From positions 27,561 through 91,560 of the forward strand of contig CAKSPO010000001.1 in the NCBI GenBank assembly GCA_934481515.1: DNA of 64,000 bases, read 5' to 3'. Shown piece by piece: positions 17,155 through 26,749 of the stretch (positions within the stretch are counted from its first letter, which is position 1; each line of letters opens with the position of its first letter). The notes below the pieces were generated by a model. That model was given only the letters and a program-made list of their open reading frames with translations. It did no database searches and was not told the origin of the DNA. The translations under genes were made by a program, and so were the position numbers. Source of the DNA: an uncultured Eubacteriales bacterium. GTDB lineage: Bacteria > Bacillota > Clostridia > Oscillospirales > CAG-272.

Positions 17155-18060
17155 ATGAAAATCGAACACATTACCTCGGCATTTGACGGACTTTCCTTGG
17201 AGCTTGCCATATCGGTTCCTGCGGGAACTCCGCGCGGAATCGTCCAGATTTCCCACGGAATGGCGGAACACAAGGAACGGTATTTCGGATTCATGGAATA
17301 CCTCAGCCAAAACGGATTTATCTGTATCATTCACGATCATCGCGGACATGGTGCAAGCGTCAGAAAAGCGGAAGATCTTGGTTATTTTTACACTGCAGAC
17401 CCGGACGGGATTGTAAATGATCTGCATCAGGTGACGCTCTATGTCAAAGAGCATTACCCGGAGCTTCCCGTATACCTGTTCAGCCACAGTATGGGGACGC
17501 TCGTGGCAAGAAATTATCTGAAAAAATACGACGGAGCAATCGAGAAGCTGGTGCTTTGCGGTCCCCCCACCTATAACGGGCTTTCCTGGCTGGCGATTGT
17601 ACTGGCACATCTGACACGTCTTTTTCGCGGAGATCACCACCGCAGTGCATTTCTCAACCGTCTTTCGGACGGAAGCTATAACAAGGGGTACCGCAAAGAA
17701 GGAGAATGGCTCAACAGCGACCGCGGTGAGGTCGAGCGGTATCACGAGGATCCGCTTTGCGGATATACCTTTACCGTCAGCGGGTATCTCAACCTGTTTC
17801 GCCTGCTGCACCGTGCGTACCGGACGCGGGATTGGAAGGTGTCGCACCCGGAGCTGAAAATTCTGATCATTGCGGGTGCCGACGATCCGGTCATTCAAAG
17901 TCCGGAAAAGGTAGATCACCTTGCGCGTTTTCTGCAAAAGAGGGGCTATGAGGTCAGCGGGAAAAAACTCTATCCCGGCAAGAAACACGAGCTTTTGCTG
18001 GAAAAAGAAAGAGAAGAAATTTATCGCGATATTCTGCATTTCCTGATCGGTCAGGAATAA
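17155..18060 (+). CDS. Alpha/beta hydrolase (lysophospholipase/monoacylglycerol lipase-like)
   Basis: Start ATG 17155 (GGAGG upstream). HGMAEH, nucleophile elbow SHSMG, and a C-terminal catalytic His region (GKKHELL). Confidence 0.75.
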   Translation: MKIEHITSAFDGLSLELAISVPAGTPRGIVQISHGMAEHKERYFGFMEYLSQNGFICIIHDHRGHGASVRKAEDLGYFYTADPDGIVNDLHQVTLYVKEHYPELPVYLFSHSMGTLVARNYLKKYDGAIEKLVLCGPPTYNGLSWLAIVLAHLTRLFRGDHHRSAFLNRLSDGSYNKGYRKEGEWLNSDRGEVERYHEDPLCGYTFTVSGYLNLFRLLHRAYRTRDWKVSHPELKILIIAGADDPVIQSPEKVDHLARFLQKRGYEVSGKKLYPGKKHELLLEKEREEIYRDILHFLIGQE

Positions 18061-18136
18061 AAACGCGGAAGGATTCCGAAAAATAACGGGACAGGCGAAT
18101 TTTTTTGCTTTCCCGGAGGATTCCTTTGCAAAACGC

Positions 18137-18165
18137 TTGCAATTCACCCGTTTTCGGTGTATAAT
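18137..18165 (+). promoter_or_regulatory. Candidate sigma-A promoter for mrp-ileS
   Basis: TTGCAA - 17 bp - TATAAT. Confidence 0.6.
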
Positions 18166-18204
18166 ACTACTATTGAGATTTTTCAGGATGAGAGGAAGTT
18201 GAAA

Positions 18205-19059
18205 ATGGCAGAAGAATGTACGCATGATTGTTCTTCCTGCTCTGCCGGATGCGCATCACGCGAAAAGCCGCAGAGCTTGCAGATTCCCGCAAATGAATTG
18301 AGCACGGTAAAGCACGTCATCGGAATCGTCAGCGGAAAAGGGGGAGTCGGAAAGTCGCTCGTAACCTCCATGCTGGCGGTGCTTTTCCAAAGAGAAGGAT
18401 ATAAGGTCGGAATTCTGGACGCGGATATTACGGGACCGTCCATCCCGAAGGCGTTCGGAATGCACAAGGTCGATGTTTATGGAGATGATCACGGCATGAT
18501 TCCGCCGTCCTCCAAGACCGGAATAGACGTGATGTCCGTCAATCTTCTTCTCGGCGAGGATGAAACCAAGCCGGTGCTCTGGCGTGGTGCTTTGATTGCG
18601 GGAACCGTACAGCAGTTCTGGAAGGATACCATCTGGAATGCGGACGTTCTGCTGGTGGATTGCCCTCCCGGTACGGGGGATGTTCCGCTGACCGTGTTCC
18701 AGTCGTTGCCGCTGGATGGCGTTATCATTGTTTCCAGCCCGCAGGATCTGGTTTCCATGATTGTCAGCAAAGCGGCAAACATGGCAAGCGCTATGGAGGT
18801 TCCGGTGCTGGGGCTGGTCGAAAATATGAGCTATGTCCGCTGTCCGGACTGCGGCAAAGAGATTCACGTGTTCGGCGAAAGCCATATCGGCGAGGTTGCC
18901 AAAACCTTTGGATATGACCTGTTGGCACGCATTCCGATCGACCCGAAGCTGACAGCGCTTGTGGATCGCGGAATGATTGAACTGATGGAGAACAACTATC
19001 TGGATGAAGCGGTGCAGACTATTATCCGGAAGCTGAACCTGACACTGCAAGAGAACTGA
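18205..19059 (+). CDS. Mrp/NBP35/ApbC-family Fe-S cluster carrier ATPase
   Basis: Start ATG 18205. Cys-rich N-terminus CTHDCSSCSAGC, deviant Walker A GKGGVGKS, CPDCG motif. Confidence 0.85.
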   Translation: MAEECTHDCSSCSAGCASREKPQSLQIPANELSTVKHVIGIVSGKGGVGKSLVTSMLAVLFQREGYKVGILDADITGPSIPKAFGMHKVDVYGDDHGMIPPSSKTGIDVMSVNLLLGEDETKPVLWRGALIAGTVQQFWKDTIWNADVLLVDCPPGTGDVPLTVFQSLPLDGVIIVSSPQDLVSMIVSKAANMASAMEVPVLGLVENMSYVRCPDCGKEIHVFGESHIGEVAKTFGYDLLARIPIDPKLTALVDRGMIELMENNYLDEAVQTIIRKLNLTLQEN

Positions 19060-19086
19060 ACAAAGGAACTTTTCAGGAGAAGAACT

Positions 19087-21885
19087 ATGGCAAAGGATTA
19101 TACAAATACACTGAATCTCCCCGCAACCGATTTCCCGATGCGTGCGGGACTGCCGCAGAGAGAGCCGGAGATGCTCAAATACTGGGACTCCATCGACCTG
19201 TACAAAAAAATGCAGGAAAATGCCGCGGAAAAGCCGCTGTTCATGCTGCACGACGGACCTCCTTTTTCCAACGGAAACATTCATATGGGCACGGCAATGA
19301 ACAAAATTCTCAAGGATTTTGTCAACAAATCCAAGGCGATGTCCGGTTACCGGGTTCCGTATGTTCCCGGTTGGGACAACCATGGAATGCCGATCGAGTC
19401 CGCCATCATCAAGCAGAATAAACTGGATCGCAAAAAGATGTCCATTCCGGAATTCCGGAATGCCTGCCACCGCTTTGCCGAGAATTTTGTTGGCATCCAG
19501 CGGGAACAGTTTGTGCGTCTCGGTGTTACTGCCGACTGGAATCACCCGTACCTGACCATGAACCGCGAGTTTGAGGGGCGGGAGGTCCAGGTGTTCGGCG
19601 AGATGTACAAAAAAGGGTACATTTACAAGGGGCTCAAGCCCGTGTACTGGTGCCCCTCGGATGAGACGGCACTGGCAGAAGCAGAGATTGAATACCAGAC
19701 GGATAAATGCACATCCATCTATGTCAAATTCCGCATCAAGGATGACGCGGGAAAGCTGAAGGGTGTGTGCGATCCTTCCAAGACCTACTTCATCATCTGG
19801 ACCACTACCACGTGGACGCTTCCCGGCAACCAGGCAATCGCGCTCAATCCGAATGAGCCGTATGTGATTGTCCGTGCGGAGAACGGAGAATGCTACATTG
19901 TCGCAGAGGTACTTTGCGAAAAGACAATGAAGGAGGGCGGCGTTGAGCGTTATGAAACGCTTGCCACCTATCGCGGACAGGACTTTGAATATATGACGGC
20001 GCAACATCCCTTCCTTGACCGGGAGAGCCTTGTCGTGGTTGCGGATTATGTCACAATGGACAGCGGTACCGGATGCGTACATACCGCCGGCGGTTTCGGA
20101 GCCGATGATAACGTGACCTGTCGCCGCTACGGACTGCCGCCGTTGGTGCCGGTGGATGACCGCGGATACCAGACCGCAGATGCCGGAAAGTTTGCGGGAC
20201 TGCGCTATGACGAATCCAATCAGGCAATTCTTGCCGATATGAAGGAAAGCGGTGCACTGTTCGCGTCCGAAGAAATCGAGCACGAATACCCGCATTGCTG
20301 GAGATGTAAGAATCCGATCATCTTCCGCGCCACACCGCAGTGGTTCTGCTCGGTGGAGGCATTCAAGGACGATGCCATTGCCGCCTGTGACAAGGTGCAG
20401 TGGCTTCCCGAATGGGGCGGTGAGCGGATTCGGAACATGGTGCGCGAGAGAGCCGACTGGTGCATTTCCCGTCAACGCCATTGGGGACTGCCCATTCCGG
20501 TATTTTATTGCAACGACTGCAAAAAGCCGGTTTGCACCGATGAGACCATTGCAAACGTTTCCGAACTCTTTACCCGCTTCGGCTCAAATATCTGGTACGA
20601 AAAGAGTGCCGGGGAGCTGTTGCCGGAGGGATTTACCTGCCCGCACTGCGGAGGAACTCATTTCACCACCGAAACAGACACGCTTGACGGCTGGTTTGAT
20701 TCCGGTTCTTCGCATTTTGTTGTTCTGGAGGATCGCCCGGAGCATCGTTGGCCGGCAGATATGTATCTGGAGGGAGCAGATCAGTACCGCGGTTGGTTCC
20801 AGTCCTCTCTTCTGACGGCAGTCGGCGCGCGGGGTGAGGCACAGGCTCCCTACAAAACGGTACTGACGCACGGTTGGGTCGTGGACGGGGAAGGGAAGGC
20901 AATGCACAAGTCGCTGGGCAATGTCATTATCCCGACCGAGATGATCCAGAAATACGGAGCAGATCTCGTCCGTCTTTGGGTTGCATCCTCTGATTACCGG
21001 GTGGATGTGCGCGTATCCGATCCGATTTTCAAACAGCTTTCGGACACATACCGCAAGATCCGGAATACGGTTCGGATTCTGATTGCCAACCTTGGCGATT
21101 TTCATCCCGATCATGATGCGCTTCCGTTTGAAACCCTGCCGGAAATCGACCGCTGGATGATTTCTTCTATGAACGACCTGACCCGCACGGTCAGAACTGC
21201 GTACGATACGTTTGAGTTCCATGTAGCATACCATGCCATTTGCAACTTCTGCACCACTGAGCTTTCCAAGCTTTACGTAGACATTACCAAGGATCGCGTG
21301 TATACCGGGAAAGCGGACGGGGAACCGAGACGCGCGGCACAGACCACAATGTACTTTGTTCTTTCCGGGCTCATCCGCCTGTTGGCACCCATGATCAGCT
21401 TTACTGCAGAGGAAATGTGGCAGGCAATTCCGCATTGTGCAGCAGATCACTGCGAGAGCGTTTTCCTCAACGACATGCCCGCTTATGATCCGGCGCTCTG
21501 CTTTGCGGACGTGACGGAGAAGTGGAACCGCCTGTTCGGAATGCGCGACGATGTGATGAAGGCGCTGGAGCTTGCCCGCACCGAAAAACTGGTCGGAAAG
21601 TCGCTGGAGGCAAAGATTACGCTGTATACCAAGGATCAGGAGATGCTGGAGCTGTTGCGCGGATTCGGAAAAGAACTCAACGCAGTGTTCATCGTTTCCG
21701 GTGTTGCCGTCAGGGAGGAGACTGCCCCCGCGGAAGCCCATACCGAGGGACTTTCCGGAGTCGGCGTACTTGTGGAAATGGCGGACGGATGCAAATGCGA
21801 CCGTTGCTGGAGCTATTCTACCGAAGGAGAACACACGTCTGACGGCGGATTTTTGTGCGCACGATGCCGTGAGATTCTGAAATAA
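19087..21885 (+). CDS. ileS: Isoleucine--tRNA ligase
   Basis: 932 aa class I aaRS. PPFSNGNIHMGTAMNK (HIGH-type), KAMHKSLGN (KMSKS-type), CP1 editing domain, C-terminal CDRCW...CARC zinc motif. Confidence 0.95.
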   Translation: MAKDYTNTLNLPATDFPMRAGLPQREPEMLKYWDSIDLYKKMQENAAEKPLFMLHDGPPFSNGNIHMGTAMNKILKDFVNKSKAMSGYRVPYVPGWDNHGMPIESAIIKQNKLDRKKMSIPEFRNACHRFAENFVGIQREQFVRLGVTADWNHPYLTMNREFEGREVQVFGEMYKKGYIYKGLKPVYWCPSDETALAEAEIEYQTDKCTSIYVKFRIKDDAGKLKGVCDPSKTYFIIWTTTTWTLPGNQAIALNPNEPYVIVRAENGECYIVAEVLCEKTMKEGGVERYETLATYRGQDFEYMTAQHPFLDRESLVVVADYVTMDSGTGCVHTAGGFGADDNVTCRRYGLPPLVPVDDRGYQTADAGKFAGLRYDESNQAILADMKESGALFASEEIEHEYPHCWRCKNPIIFRATPQWFCSVEAFKDDAIAACDKVQWLPEWGGERIRNMVRERADWCISRQRHWGLPIPVFYCNDCKKPVCTDETIANVSELFTRFGSNIWYEKSAGELLPEGFTCPHCGGTHFTTETDTLDGWFDSGSSHFVVLEDRPEHRWPADMYLEGADQYRGWFQSSLLTAVGARGEAQAPYKTVLTHGWVVDGEGKAMHKSLGNVIIPTEMIQKYGADLVRLWVASSDYRVDVRVSDPIFKQLSDTYRKIRNTVRILIANLGDFHPDHDALPFETLPEIDRWMISSMNDLTRTVRTAYDTFEFHVAYHAICNFCTTELSKLYVDITKDRVYTGKADGEPRRAAQTTMYFVLSGLIRLLAPMISFTAEEMWQAIPHCAADHCESVFLNDMPAYDPALCFADVTEKWNRLFGMRDDVMKALELARTEKLVGKSLEAKITLYTKDQEMLELLRGFGKELNAVFIVSGVAVREETAPAEAHTEGLSGVGVLVEMADGCKCDRCWSYSTEGEHTSDGGFLCARCREILK

Positions 21886-21964
21886 AAGAACGGAACATAC
21901 GGGAGGATCCGAACAAAAAAGTCGCGGATGCTCCCGTTTCCGGACAGATTGCAAGGAGCCGCTT

Positions 21965-22576
21965 ATGATTTTGTTGTTTGCCGTGATCGTCGGCGTCATC
22001 GCGTTGGATCAGCTGACCAAATGGCTTGCCGTCATTTTTTTGCAGGGAGAACCGTCTTTTCCGATCTGGAAAAACGTTCTGCACCTGACCTATGTGCAGA
22101 ATGAGGGGGCGGCATTCGGAATGCTGAAGGATCACCGCTGGGTGTTCATGCTTTTTTCCACGGTTGCCATTGCCGGACTTTTGTTTTATCTGATTCGTTT
22201 CCGCCCCAAGTCCCGCCTTGCTTCCATCGGAATTGCCATGATTATCGGCGGCGGGATCGGAAACATGATCGACCGGGTACTTTTGGGCTATGTTGTTGAT
22301 TTTATCGACTTTACTCTGATTCACTTTGCCGTGTTTAATGTGGCGGATTCCTTTGTCTGCATTGGTGCAGGGCTTCTGATCCTCTATCTTCTTCTGGATC
22401 TGATCCGGGAGGTAAAGAATGGAAAGGTACCGTCGCCGGCTTCGGAGGCAGGTCGGGAATCGTCTGAACCGTACGGAGCGTCCGGAAAAAATCCGGAAGC
22501 GGAGCAGCCTGTTGACGGCGCTCCGAAGGAGGAAACGCCGGTGCAGGAAGAGAAGAAAACGGATGACGGAAAGTAA
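21965..22576 (+). CDS. lspA: Lipoprotein signal peptidase II
   Basis: VQNEGAAFGML and FNVADS catalytic-Asp motifs. The ~55 aa C-terminal tail is acidic and Pro-rich. Confidence 0.9.
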   Translation: MILLFAVIVGVIALDQLTKWLAVIFLQGEPSFPIWKNVLHLTYVQNEGAAFGMLKDHRWVFMLFSTVAIAGLLFYLIRFRPKSRLASIGIAMIIGGGIGNMIDRVLLGYVVDFIDFTLIHFAVFNVADSFVCIGAGLLILYLLLDLIREVKNGKVPSPASEAGRESSEPYGASGKNPEAEQPVDGAPKEETPVQEEKKTDDGK

Positions 22577-23540
22577 AGGAACCGCACCGCAGGTGCTTTT
22601 TGCCAAGGAAGAAGATGCGGGACGGCGACTGGATCAATATGCGGCGGAAACGGGAGGGCTGACACGCTCTGCCGCGGTTCGCCTGATTGAGGAGGGCGCA
22701 ATTACCTGCAACGGAGCAAATGTACCTAAAAAATATCTGCTGTCTGCCGGAGATCGTGTGGAAATCCGTCTGCCGGAGCTTCTGGAAGCGGAAGCGCGAC
22801 CGCAGGAAATTCCGCTTGACGTGGTGTATGAGGATCGCGATCTGATTGTTATCAATAAGCCCTGCGGCATGGTGGTACATCCGGCACCCGGAAATCCGGA
22901 CGGGACGCTGGTCAATGCGCTTCTGTTCCACTGTGGTACCTCTCTTTCCGGAATCGGAGGTGTTCTCCGACCGGGAATTGTTCACCGGATTGATAAAAAC
23001 ACCAGCGGACTGTTGGTTGTTGCCAAGAACGACGAAACGCACATTGCTTTGGCAGAACAGCTCAAAGGACACCGCATCCGGCGAATCTATACCGCCGTGG
23101 CGATCGGGAATTTTCGCGAGGACGCGGGCACGGTCAATGCTTCTATCGGCAGACATCCGACCGACCGGAAACGGATGGCAGTCCTGCGCCCGACGGATCC
23201 GGGTGCGCGGGAAGCTACGACGCACTGGAAGGTGCTTGCCCGCGGAAATGCTGACGGGAATGCCTTCTCCCTGTTGCGCTGTGAGCTGGAGACGGGTCGA
23301 ACCCATCAGATCAGGGTGCATCTCTCCTCGGTCGGGCATCCGCTCCTCGGCGATGATGTCTACGGCGGAAACCATACCGCATTTGAAGCACATCACAGAG
23401 GGCTGATTCAGGGACAGTGTCTGCATGCAGGGGAATTGCGCTTTGTTCATCCGCGTACGGGTGAGGAACTGCATCTGACCGCCCAGCCGCCGGAAGAACT
23501 GAAAACCGTGATCCGGATTCTTTTCGGAACTTCCGTATAA
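22563..23540 (+). CDS. rluD: RluA-family 23S rRNA pseudouridine synthase (RluD-like)
   Basis: Start ATG 22563, overlapping the lspA tail. S4 domain followed by HRIDKNTSGLLVVAK. Confidence 0.85.
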   Translation: MTESKGTAPQVLFAKEEDAGRRLDQYAAETGGLTRSAAVRLIEEGAITCNGANVPKKYLLSAGDRVEIRLPELLEAEARPQEIPLDVVYEDRDLIVINKPCGMVVHPAPGNPDGTLVNALLFHCGTSLSGIGGVLRPGIVHRIDKNTSGLLVVAKNDETHIALAEQLKGHRIRRIYTAVAIGNFREDAGTVNASIGRHPTDRKRMAVLRPTDPGAREATTHWKVLARGNADGNAFSLLRCELETGRTHQIRVHLSSVGHPLLGDDVYGGNHTAFEAHHRGLIQGQCLHAGELRFVHPRTGEELHLTAQPPEELKTVIRILFGTSV

Positions 23541-23615
23541 ATGGTGGCAACCGCCTGTTCGAGAGAAAACGGTCTGTGGGATACAGTATCTGCGTAAAAA
23601 CGGGGGTTGCATTCT

Positions 23616-23656
23616 GCACCGACGAAGAAACCCGACTTCGTCGGTGCTTTTTCTTT
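23616..23656. terminator. Rho-independent terminator after rluD (palindromic, usable from both strands)
   Basis: GCACCGACGAAG-aaacccga-CTTCGTCGGTGC followed by TTTTTCTTTGTTTT. Confidence 0.7.
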
Positions 23657-23966
23657 GTTTTCCGTCCAGACGGATTTTTTATCGGAGAAAAGTTCCGCCG
23701 GAAAAGATTACGGAAAAGGCGATAAAGATTCTTAAAAAGAAGCGTCCGGCTTTTGCATACACCATCAACCGCACCTCGCTCCTGTTGCTTTAGAACTGTC
23801 TGCCACCCCGCCTTCGGCTTCGTATCATCTGCAGCGTCCTGAAATAAGACAATCCAGAATCCGGAACCGACTTGTTATATTCGGTTCCGGATTTTCACGG
23901 GCAGAGAAAAAGACTTTTCGCCAAACGGTAATTGCTTTCCGGAAACTGTGACAGACCCGGATACAT

Positions 23967-24035
23967 AAAAGCCCGCCCCTGATATTACACAACTCCGCAA
24001 AAAACGGAATTCTGCACCTTCGGGGTGGGCTTTTG
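23967..24035. terminator. Possible branched terminator of the cytidylate-kinase-like gene
   Basis: GCCCGCCCC (23971-23979) pairs with GGGGTGGGC (24022-24030). The repeat is flanked by AAAA/TTTT and encloses small internal hairpins. Confidence 0.4.
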
Positions 24036-24054
24036 AAATCATAGAAGAGAATTT

Positions 24055-24684
24055 TTATGCTTTGCGGTCACGGAGTGTCATTGCCAACGCTTCCGCACAT
24101 TCCTTGACCGAAATTGCGGAGGTGTTGATACACACATCATAGTTGGAACGCTCTCCCCATTTCTGACCTGTGTAGTAACTATAATATTTTGCACGGTTTT
24201 TGTCCACGGAAAGAATCTTTTTTTGTAATTGCTTGTCGCTCAGATTGTCATGTTCATCATGCTCTTCGCCTTTTTCGCGGCAACGCTTCAGCTTAAAATT
24301 CATATCCGCATATACAAAAATACGCATCGGGTGCAGGTCTCTCAGAATATAATCCGCACAGCGACCGACAATAATGCAGTCGGATTTGTCTGCCATTTCC
24401 CGCAGGACATTGGCTTTTTCTGCATATACCTTGGTGTACTGGTGGAGCATATAATCGTTCCCGATCGAGCCGTGCAGAGTACGGCTGACCGTAATCGGAT
24501 AAAAGACGCCGCTCTTCTGCTCGACAATCTGTTTGACATAACCTTCTGCCAGCTGTGTTCTTTTGGCAATTTCCGTAATGATCTCTTTATCGTAATACGC
24601 AAATCCGAGCAGATCGGACAGCCGCTTTCCAAGCTCCCGTCCACCGCTTCCGAATTCCCGCCCGATTGTGATGATCTGATTCAT
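24055..24684 (-). CDS. Cytidylate kinase-like family protein (AAA/P-loop NMP-kinase fold)
   Basis: Start ATG 24684 (AGGAGG upstream on the minus strand). IGREFGSGGRELGKRL P-loop-like N-terminus. Confidence 0.7.
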   Translation of the reverse strand: MNQIITIGREFGSGGRELGKRLSDLLGFAYYDKEIITEIAKRTQLAEGYVKQIVEQKSGVFYPITVSRTLHGSIGNDYMLHQYTKVYAEKANVLREMADKSDCIIVGRCADYILRDLHPMRIFVYADMNFKLKRCREKGEEHDEHDNLSDKQLQKKILSVDKNRAKYYSYYTGQKWGERSNYDVCINTSAISVKECAEALAMTLRDRKA

Positions 24685-24740
24685 AGAAATGCCTCCTTTG
24701 GTTTGTGCACCATCCACAGAAAAAATGATTTCTATTTTGT

Positions 24741-24769
24741 AGTATACAACATTTTCACGGTTTTGTCAA
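24741..24769 (-). promoter_or_regulatory. Candidate sigma-A promoter (minus strand)
   Basis: The minus strand reads TTGACA - 17 bp - TATACT. Confidence 0.55.
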
Positions 24770-24850
24770 GTGCTGAAAGGATTTTTTTGCGCAGGGAAGG
24801 CTTTTCAATGGAATGCCAAAAGTTGCGCTTTACGGAAAAACAAAAAATCC

Positions 24851-24879
24851 TTGATTTTGCGGAAACATTCTGGTAGAAT
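24851..24879 (+). promoter_or_regulatory. Candidate sigma-A promoter for the DUF1294 gene
   Basis: TTGATT - 17 bp - TAGAAT, with TGG immediately upstream (extended -10). Confidence 0.5.
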
Positions 24880-24942
24880 AAATGCAGTTCTGATGAAGCG
24901 GAGTGCATCTTTTGCGTTGATCGCATACAAGGGGGAGAGAAA

Positions 24943-25215
24943 ATGTTCCGGTGGCTGTTGTTGTTTTATGCGGGAATGGGTCTGGTTGCCCTGACCGCGT
25001 ACGGAGGAGACAAACGCAGGGCAAAGACCCGGCATTGGCGAACGCCGGAGGCGACGCTCCTTTGGATCGGATTTTTCGGTGGCTCGATCGGTGCGCTTTC
25101 CGGAATGCTACTGTTCCGTCATAAAACAAAACACTGGTATTTTTGGGTAGTCAATCTGCTTGGATTGCTTTGGCAAACGGGGCTTGCGGTGTATCTTTTC
25201 CGGAGTGGTTTTTGA
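24943..25215 (+). CDS. DUF1294-family small membrane protein
   Basis: 90 aa. GGDKRRAKTRHWRTPE ... FRHKTKHWYF matches my recollection of DUF1294. Confidence 0.65.
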   Translation: MFRWLLLFYAGMGLVALTAYGGDKRRAKTRHWRTPEATLLWIGFFGGSIGALSGMLLFRHKTKHWYFWVVNLLGLLWQTGLAVYLFRSGF

Positions 25216-25273
25216 ACAGCAAAGCATATTTTTCCTATCGGACAAGTCCGCCGCAGAAAATAAACCGGAAGTG

Positions 25274-25302
25274 TTTACAAAAGTACAAAAGTATGCTATA
25301 AT
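25274..25302 (+). promoter_or_regulatory. Candidate sigma-A promoter for yybS-gdpP-rplI-dnaB
   Basis: TTTACA - 17 bp - TATAAT. Confidence 0.55.
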
Positions 25303-25363
25303 AGTAAAGTAGGAATTTTTTTGACGGAATCCGCGCATAGGCGGTCAGAGTCTGGGAGAAGGC

Positions 25364-26611
25364 ATGGAACAATCGGCAGAAAGAGAAAAGAAAGATCCTT
25401 CGCGGCTGTATAAGACGCTTTCTCCACGCCCGGAACCGTTGAGGATATGGATTTCTGCTTTGTTTGCGCTTTTTGCATACTTGGTTCCGGTGTTTCCGGA
25501 TAATACCGCAATTGCGGTTGCTTTTCTGGCAGCGGTTGTTCTTTATACCGCCTTTATGACACGTGTAGCCGTTGCAATTGTGTCGGTCTGTGCCGGAATT
25601 CTGATCCTGTTTCTTTTCTTTGGAGTTACTCCTGCGGCGTTGATATGTGCGGCTGTCGCAGGAAGCGCCGCCATGGTATGGGAACTGATATCGATGAGAG
25701 TGCCGGCAGCATATGGAATGCTTGCAATCCCGCTTTCGGCAGTTTTGCTTGTCTTGCTGCTTCCGGGAAATATTTCCGTTCTGCCGATTCTTCTGATGCT
25801 TCCGGTGCTTGTGCTTTTATCTGTTGCAATGTTCTGCATGCTTCCGCGCACTACGGCGGCCTGCCTCACGGCGGGCGGATATCTTGCGGCAGGATTGATC
25901 TCTCTGGTGGTTTTCCTTTGGAACAACGGCGAGGTCAGTTTCGCGGCACTCGGCAATCTGCTGGAACGCCTGCAGGAGGAGCTGTTGCAAACGGCATTGC
26001 TTCTGCGCGACCGTCTGATTACGCTTTGGGAAGAAACCGCCGCGAAGGAGAACGGTGACGCATTCCGGAACGCGGCGGAGACTTTGAAGAGCGTGCTGAA
26101 CGTGACCGTTTTACGCGAGGTAATATCCTCCGCTTTCCGCGTTTTCCCGGGAGCGGTTCTCGGATTGTGCGCCGTGCTTGGCTATCTGACGCATACCTAT
26201 TTGTTACTCTGTTGCAATGGTTGCGGTTGGAGAGACAGACTTCCGGAACAGATGAGAATATTCCGGATGAGCGGCACTTCGGCTCTGCTTTACGGAGTTG
26301 CTTTGACCGTTACCTTTTTTGTAACCCCGCAGGGACTTTTTGGAGCACTTTGCTGGAATCTGTCTCTGATGTTGCTTCCGGGATTTTTTCGGCTGGGACT
26401 TGGAATACTTTCCGGCTTTCTTCGGGCTACACGCGGAGAAGGAAATTTTCTTTTGCTGTGCGGATTGCTGTGTCTGTTCTGCTGTCTCGGGACGGAGGCC
26501 TTCCGGTTGATTTCTTTGATCGGTACTTTCGGTGTGCTGTCCGGTATTCTCCGCAGGAAGAGAAATGCCGACTCTGACGATTCCGATGATGAATCTGCTC
26601 CACACCGTTGA
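25364..26611 (+). CDS. YybS-like polytopic membrane protein (DUF2232)
   Basis: Highly hydrophobic, many TM segments. It sits directly upstream of gdpP-rplI-dnaB, as yybS does in Bacillus. Confidence 0.6.
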   Translation: MEQSAEREKKDPSRLYKTLSPRPEPLRIWISALFALFAYLVPVFPDNTAIAVAFLAAVVLYTAFMTRVAVAIVSVCAGILILFLFFGVTPAALICAAVAGSAAMVWELISMRVPAAYGMLAIPLSAVLLVLLLPGNISVLPILLMLPVLVLLSVAMFCMLPRTTAACLTAGGYLAAGLISLVVFLWNNGEVSFAALGNLLERLQEELLQTALLLRDRLITLWEETAAKENGDAFRNAAETLKSVLNVTVLREVISSAFRVFPGAVLGLCAVLGYLTHTYLLLCCNGCGWRDRLPEQMRIFRMSGTSALLYGVALTVTFFVTPQGLFGALCWNLSLMLLPGFFRLGLGILSGFLRATRGEGNFLLLCGLLCLFCCLGTEAFRLISLIGTFGVLSGILRRKRNADSDDSDDESAPHR

Positions 26612-26749
26612 AGGCACACGGCGAAGAATAGAGTACTGTGTCGGCTACGTCATAACTCCATTGTTTTTAACCGGCCGCGGATTTCTTTTTTCGTTCCGGG
26701 CTATCCGCGCTCTGCCGCCGGTCTCCGATTTTTATAAGGAGGGAAGAGT

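Noticed and set aside
18061-19086. Expected T-box leader upstream of ileS (also checked for alaS at 46300-46432)
   Set aside because: ileS starts 27 bp after the mrp stop, and the mrp leader is under 50 nt. The alaS leader is about 45 nt from a consensus promoter. Neither has room for a specifier hairpin plus T-box/antiterminator, and I found no AGAGA/GNUGGA/T-box-like sequence.
23690-24050. Identification of the gap as a known housekeeping ncRNA (6S, SRP/4.5S, tmRNA, RNase P)
   Set aside because: None of the signature sequences I know are present: GAGGAAAGUCC for RNase P, the GGAAG...AGCAG SRP helix-8 motif, or the GGGG...tag ORF...UCCACCA of tmRNA. The flanks of the 13 bp hairpin are not complementary, so a 6S-like long rod does not form.
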